DNA of 64,000 nt from Chlorobiaceae bacterium (GTDB lineage Bacteria > Bacteroidota > Chlorobiia > Chlorobiales > Chlorobiaceae), in contig JBAXLG010000005.1 of NCBI GenBank assembly GCA_037134935.1, positions 1 through 64,000 on the forward strand, written 5' to 3'. Made by a program: the position numbers and the translations under genes. Positions within the stretch are counted from its first letter, which is position 1. Each line of letters opens with the position of its first letter. Positions 61,300 through 64,000 of the stretch are shown one piece after another. The notes beneath the pieces were generated by a model. The model saw only the letters and a program-made list of their open reading frames with translations. It was not told the DNA's origin and did not search any database.

Positions 61300-61677
61300 A
61301 TGAAAGAAATTATTGCAGTAATACGGATTAGTAAAATGAACGCAACGAAGAAGGCGCTTATTGATGCAGGAATTCCAGCTTTTACAGCTACTGGCGGAGT
61401 TATGGGGCGTGGCAAAGGACTGGTTCATTACGATATTCTCAAAGGTGCCGAAGCTGATCAACCGGAAGCAATTGCCCATCTTGGTAATGCGCCGAGGCTG
61501 GTGGCAAAAAGGATTCTTACTGTTGTTGTTCCTGATGAGCTTTGCAAAACGGCAATTGATACTATCATCAAATCGAACCAGACAGGTAAACCTGGTGACG
61601 GCAAGATTTTTGTGACCCCGATTATTGAAACCATCAGGGTGAGAACAGGCGAAGAAGGTGATGCAGCGCTGAACTAA
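61300..61677 (+). CDS. nifI2: P-II nitrogen regulatory protein NifI2
   Basis: It is a second GlnB-like protein with an extended T-loop. It starts in the 61300-61302 triplet immediately following the nifI1 stop codon (tga at 61297-61299). Confidence 0.85.
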   Translation: MKEIIAVIRISKMNATKKALIDAGIPAFTATGGVMGRGKGLVHYDILKGAEADQPEAIAHLGNAPRLVAKRILTVVVPDELCKTAIDTIIKSNQTGKPGDGKIFVTPIIETIRVRTGEEGDAALN

Positions 61678-61713
61678 CGAACAATATTAATAGGTGTAAA
61701 CGGAGAAAGTTCC

Positions 61714-63354
61714 ATGGAGGCGAACATAATTATTCCAGATCCATCCAAAGTCAGGGAGGAGCTGATACAAAAATATCCGGCAAAGGTTGCAAAGAAACGT
61801 GCCAAGTCGATAATCATCAATGATCCTGAAATTATTCCTGAAGTACAGGCCAACGTCCGTACCGTACCAGGTATTATTACGCAGCGAGGTTGTTCTTATG
61901 CCGGCTGTAAAGGGGTGGTTCTCGGTCCGACTCGTGATATTGTCAACATTGTGCATGGCCCGATCGGCTGTAGTTTCTATGCCTGGTTGACTCGTCGTAA
62001 CCAGACGAAGCCGGAGTCATTGATGGATGAAAACTATATTCCATACTGCTTTTCAACAGACATGCAGGAGGAAAATATTGTATTCGGTGGTGAAAAAAAA
62101 CTGAAACAGGCAATCCAGGAGGCTTATGACCTCTTTCATCCGAAATCCATTGCAGTTTTTTCGACCTGCCCGGTTGGTCTTATCGGAGATGACGTGCATG
62201 CTGCATCCAAGGAGATGCGCGAGAAGTTCGGCGACTGTAACGTTTTTGGATTCAGTTGTGAAGGGTATAGAGGGGTAAGCCAGTCAGCGGGACACCACAT
62301 TGCAAACAATGGTGTTTTCAAGCATATGGTAGGCCGTAACAATACAGTCAATGAGGGAAAGTTCAAGCTGAACCTTCTTGGTGAGTACAACATAGGTGGC
62401 GATGCCTTTGAAATCGAACGCATTTTTGAAAAAGTTGGTGTGACTCTGATCTCTTCTTTTTCAGGTAACTCAACAGTCGGTCAGATTGAAAATGCTCATA
62501 TGGCCGATCTCAACGTGATTCTGTGTCACCGTTCTATTAACTACATGGGTGATATGATGGAGGTCAAATATGGTATCCCGTGGATGAAGGTCAACTTTGT
62601 TGGGGCAGAATCTACGGCAAAGTCACTTCGTAAAATTGCCGAATACTTTGGTGATGAGGAGCTCAAGGCCAAAATTGAAGCTGTTATTGCGGAGGAGATG
62701 CCAAAGGTAAAAGCTGTTATTGATGAGATTCGCCCGAGAACCCAGGGAAAAACAGCCATGCTTTTTGTCGGTGGTTCACGTGCCCATCATTACCAGGATC
62801 TTTTCAGTGAACTTGGTATGACAACTGTGGCGGCTGGATATGAGTTTGCTCATCGCGATGACTATGAAGGGCGCAAGGTGCTGCCAAGTATCAAAGTTGA
62901 TGCTGACAGCAAGAACATTGAAGAGCTGAAAGTGACCGCAGATCCGGAACTGTACAAGCCAAGAAAAACTGAAGCGGAGCTTGAAGCTCTGAAAGAAAAA
63001 GGTTTGGAGATCAATGGTTATGAGGGAATGATGAAGCAGATGACAAAAAAATCGTTAGTTGTTGATGACCTTAGCCATTATGAGTCTGAAAAACTGATTG
63101 AGATTTATAAACCGGACATTTTTTGCGCTGGTATCAAGGAAAAATATGTGGTGCAAAAGATGGGAGTTCCCCTGAAACAGCTTCATAGCTACGATTACGG
63201 CGGTCCTTACACCGGTTTTGAGGGGGCAATAAATTTCTATAAAGACATTGATCGCATGGTGAACAACCCGGTATGGAAATTCATCAAGGCGCCATGGGAA
63301 AAGGTTGAAAACGGAAAAGCAACTGGACTTGCAGCTAGTTATGTGACACAGTAA
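61714..63354 (+). CDS. nifD: Nitrogenase MoFe protein alpha chain
   Basis: It is 546 aa with the Cys/His ligands of FeMo-co and the P-cluster (…RGCSYAGCKGVV…HGPIGC…). Confidence 0.9.
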   Translation: MEANIIIPDPSKVREELIQKYPAKVAKKRAKSIIINDPEIIPEVQANVRTVPGIITQRGCSYAGCKGVVLGPTRDIVNIVHGPIGCSFYAWLTRRNQTKPESLMDENYIPYCFSTDMQEENIVFGGEKKLKQAIQEAYDLFHPKSIAVFSTCPVGLIGDDVHAASKEMREKFGDCNVFGFSCEGYRGVSQSAGHHIANNGVFKHMVGRNNTVNEGKFKLNLLGEYNIGGDAFEIERIFEKVGVTLISSFSGNSTVGQIENAHMADLNVILCHRSINYMGDMMEVKYGIPWMKVNFVGAESTAKSLRKIAEYFGDEELKAKIEAVIAEEMPKVKAVIDEIRPRTQGKTAMLFVGGSRAHHYQDLFSELGMTTVAAGYEFAHRDDYEGRKVLPSIKVDADSKNIEELKVTADPELYKPRKTEAELEALKEKGLEINGYEGMMKQMTKKSLVVDDLSHYESEKLIEIYKPDIFCAGIKEKYVVQKMGVPLKQLHSYDYGGPYTGFEGAINFYKDIDRMVNNPVWKFIKAPWEKVENGKATGLAASYVTQ

Positions 63355-63379
63355 TCAGGAAAACGGAGACTATTGAATT

Positions 63380-64000
63380 ATGTTATTAAGACACACATCA
63401 AAAGAGGTTAAAGAGCGTGAAGGGTTGACCATCAACCCTGCAAAAACCTGCCAGCCGATCGGAGCCATGTATGCAGCGCTTGGTATTCATGGCTGTCTTC
63501 CTCATAGTCATGGATCGCAAGGTTGCTGCTCTTATCATCGGAGCACCCTGACTCGCCACTACAAAGAACCTGTTATGGCGGCAACCAGTTCTTTCACCGA
63601 AGGAGCATCAGTGTTCGGTGGCCAGGCAAACCTTCTGTCAGCCATTGAGACTATTTTTTCGGTATATGATCCAGATATCATTGCCGTACACTCGACTTGC
63701 TTGAGTGAAACTATCGGTGATGATTTGCAGCAGATTACGAGAAAAGCAAAAGATGACGGTAAAATTCCGGAAGGAAAATATGTTATATATGCCAGCACGC
63801 CGAGTTTTGTTGGGTCACACGTTACCGGTTATGCAAATATGGTGACTGGCATGGCTGAACAGTTTGCTGTTTCAAGCGGTAGCAAGAAAAACCAGGTCAA
63901 CATTATTGCCGGCTGGATGGAGCCTTCAGATATGCGCGAAATCAAGCATCTGGCGAAGATACTTGGTGTCAAAATTGTGCTCTTTCCGGATACGTCAGAT
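63380..64000 (+). CDS. nifK: Nitrogenase MoFe protein beta chain (partial; runs off window end)
   Basis: MLLRHTSKEVKEREGLTINPAKTCQPIGAMYAALGIHGCLPHSHGSQGCCSYHRS is the NifK N-terminus with P-cluster Cys residues. No stop occurs before the window end. Confidence 0.85.
   Translation, partial: MLLRHTSKEVKEREGLTINPAKTCQPIGAMYAALGIHGCLPHSHGSQGCCSYHRSTLTRHYKEPVMAATSSFTEGASVFGGQANLLSAIETIFSVYDPDIIAVHSTCLSETIGDDLQQITRKAKDDGKIPEGKYVIYASTPSFVGSHVTGYANMVTGMAEQFAVSSGSKKNQVNIIAGWMEPSDMREIKHLAKILGVKIVLFPDTSD

Overview
The gene content suggests a 64-kb chromosomal segment from a green sulfur bacterium (Chlorobiaceae-like). That content includes a nifH-nifI1-nifI2-nifD-nifK arrangement, type III glutamine synthetase, crtB plus a plant-type carotene desaturase, a PucC/BCD-family transporter, and monomeric IDH. 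GC content is moderate, with several AT-rich gaps. The core genes are rimO, tgt, lysS, crtB, hflX-ybeY, tRNA-Gly(GCC), pstS with an OM porin, a bshB-like deacetylase, dut, lrp-glnN, kdsD, a Wzx-like flippase, recD2, yjbQ, a GH13 amylase, pcrA/uvrD, fabI and icd. A nif cluster sits at the 3' end: nifV, nifA, a perfect sigma-54 promoter, then nifH-nifI1-nifI2-nifD and a partial nifK. Accessory or unusual content is as follows. (1) A low-GC TIR-domain gene lies at the 5' edge. (2) An intact IS630-family transposase gene is present. (3) Next to it is a PspA-less, YdjGHI-like membrane module: an SPFH+SHOCT protein followed by a 2-TM, (GGGGHS)n-repeat, double-Zn-ribbon, TerB-like protein. (4) A three-gene operon encodes an ArsS-like radical-SAM/Cys-rich protein, a CofC-like DUF2064 transferase and a GT2 transferase. 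(5) A type I R-M operon hsdM-hsdS-hsdR has hsdR cut by a single in-frame TAA. (6) An aat gene has decayed through homopolymer frameshifts. (7) An ArsA/Get3-like ATPase carries a C-terminal alpha-crystallin-like domain. (8) A 188-aa internally repetitive orphan protein is flanked by long AT-rich noncoding DNA. All calls rest on motif recognition in the supplied translations and on direct reading of the sequence. No database searches were run.
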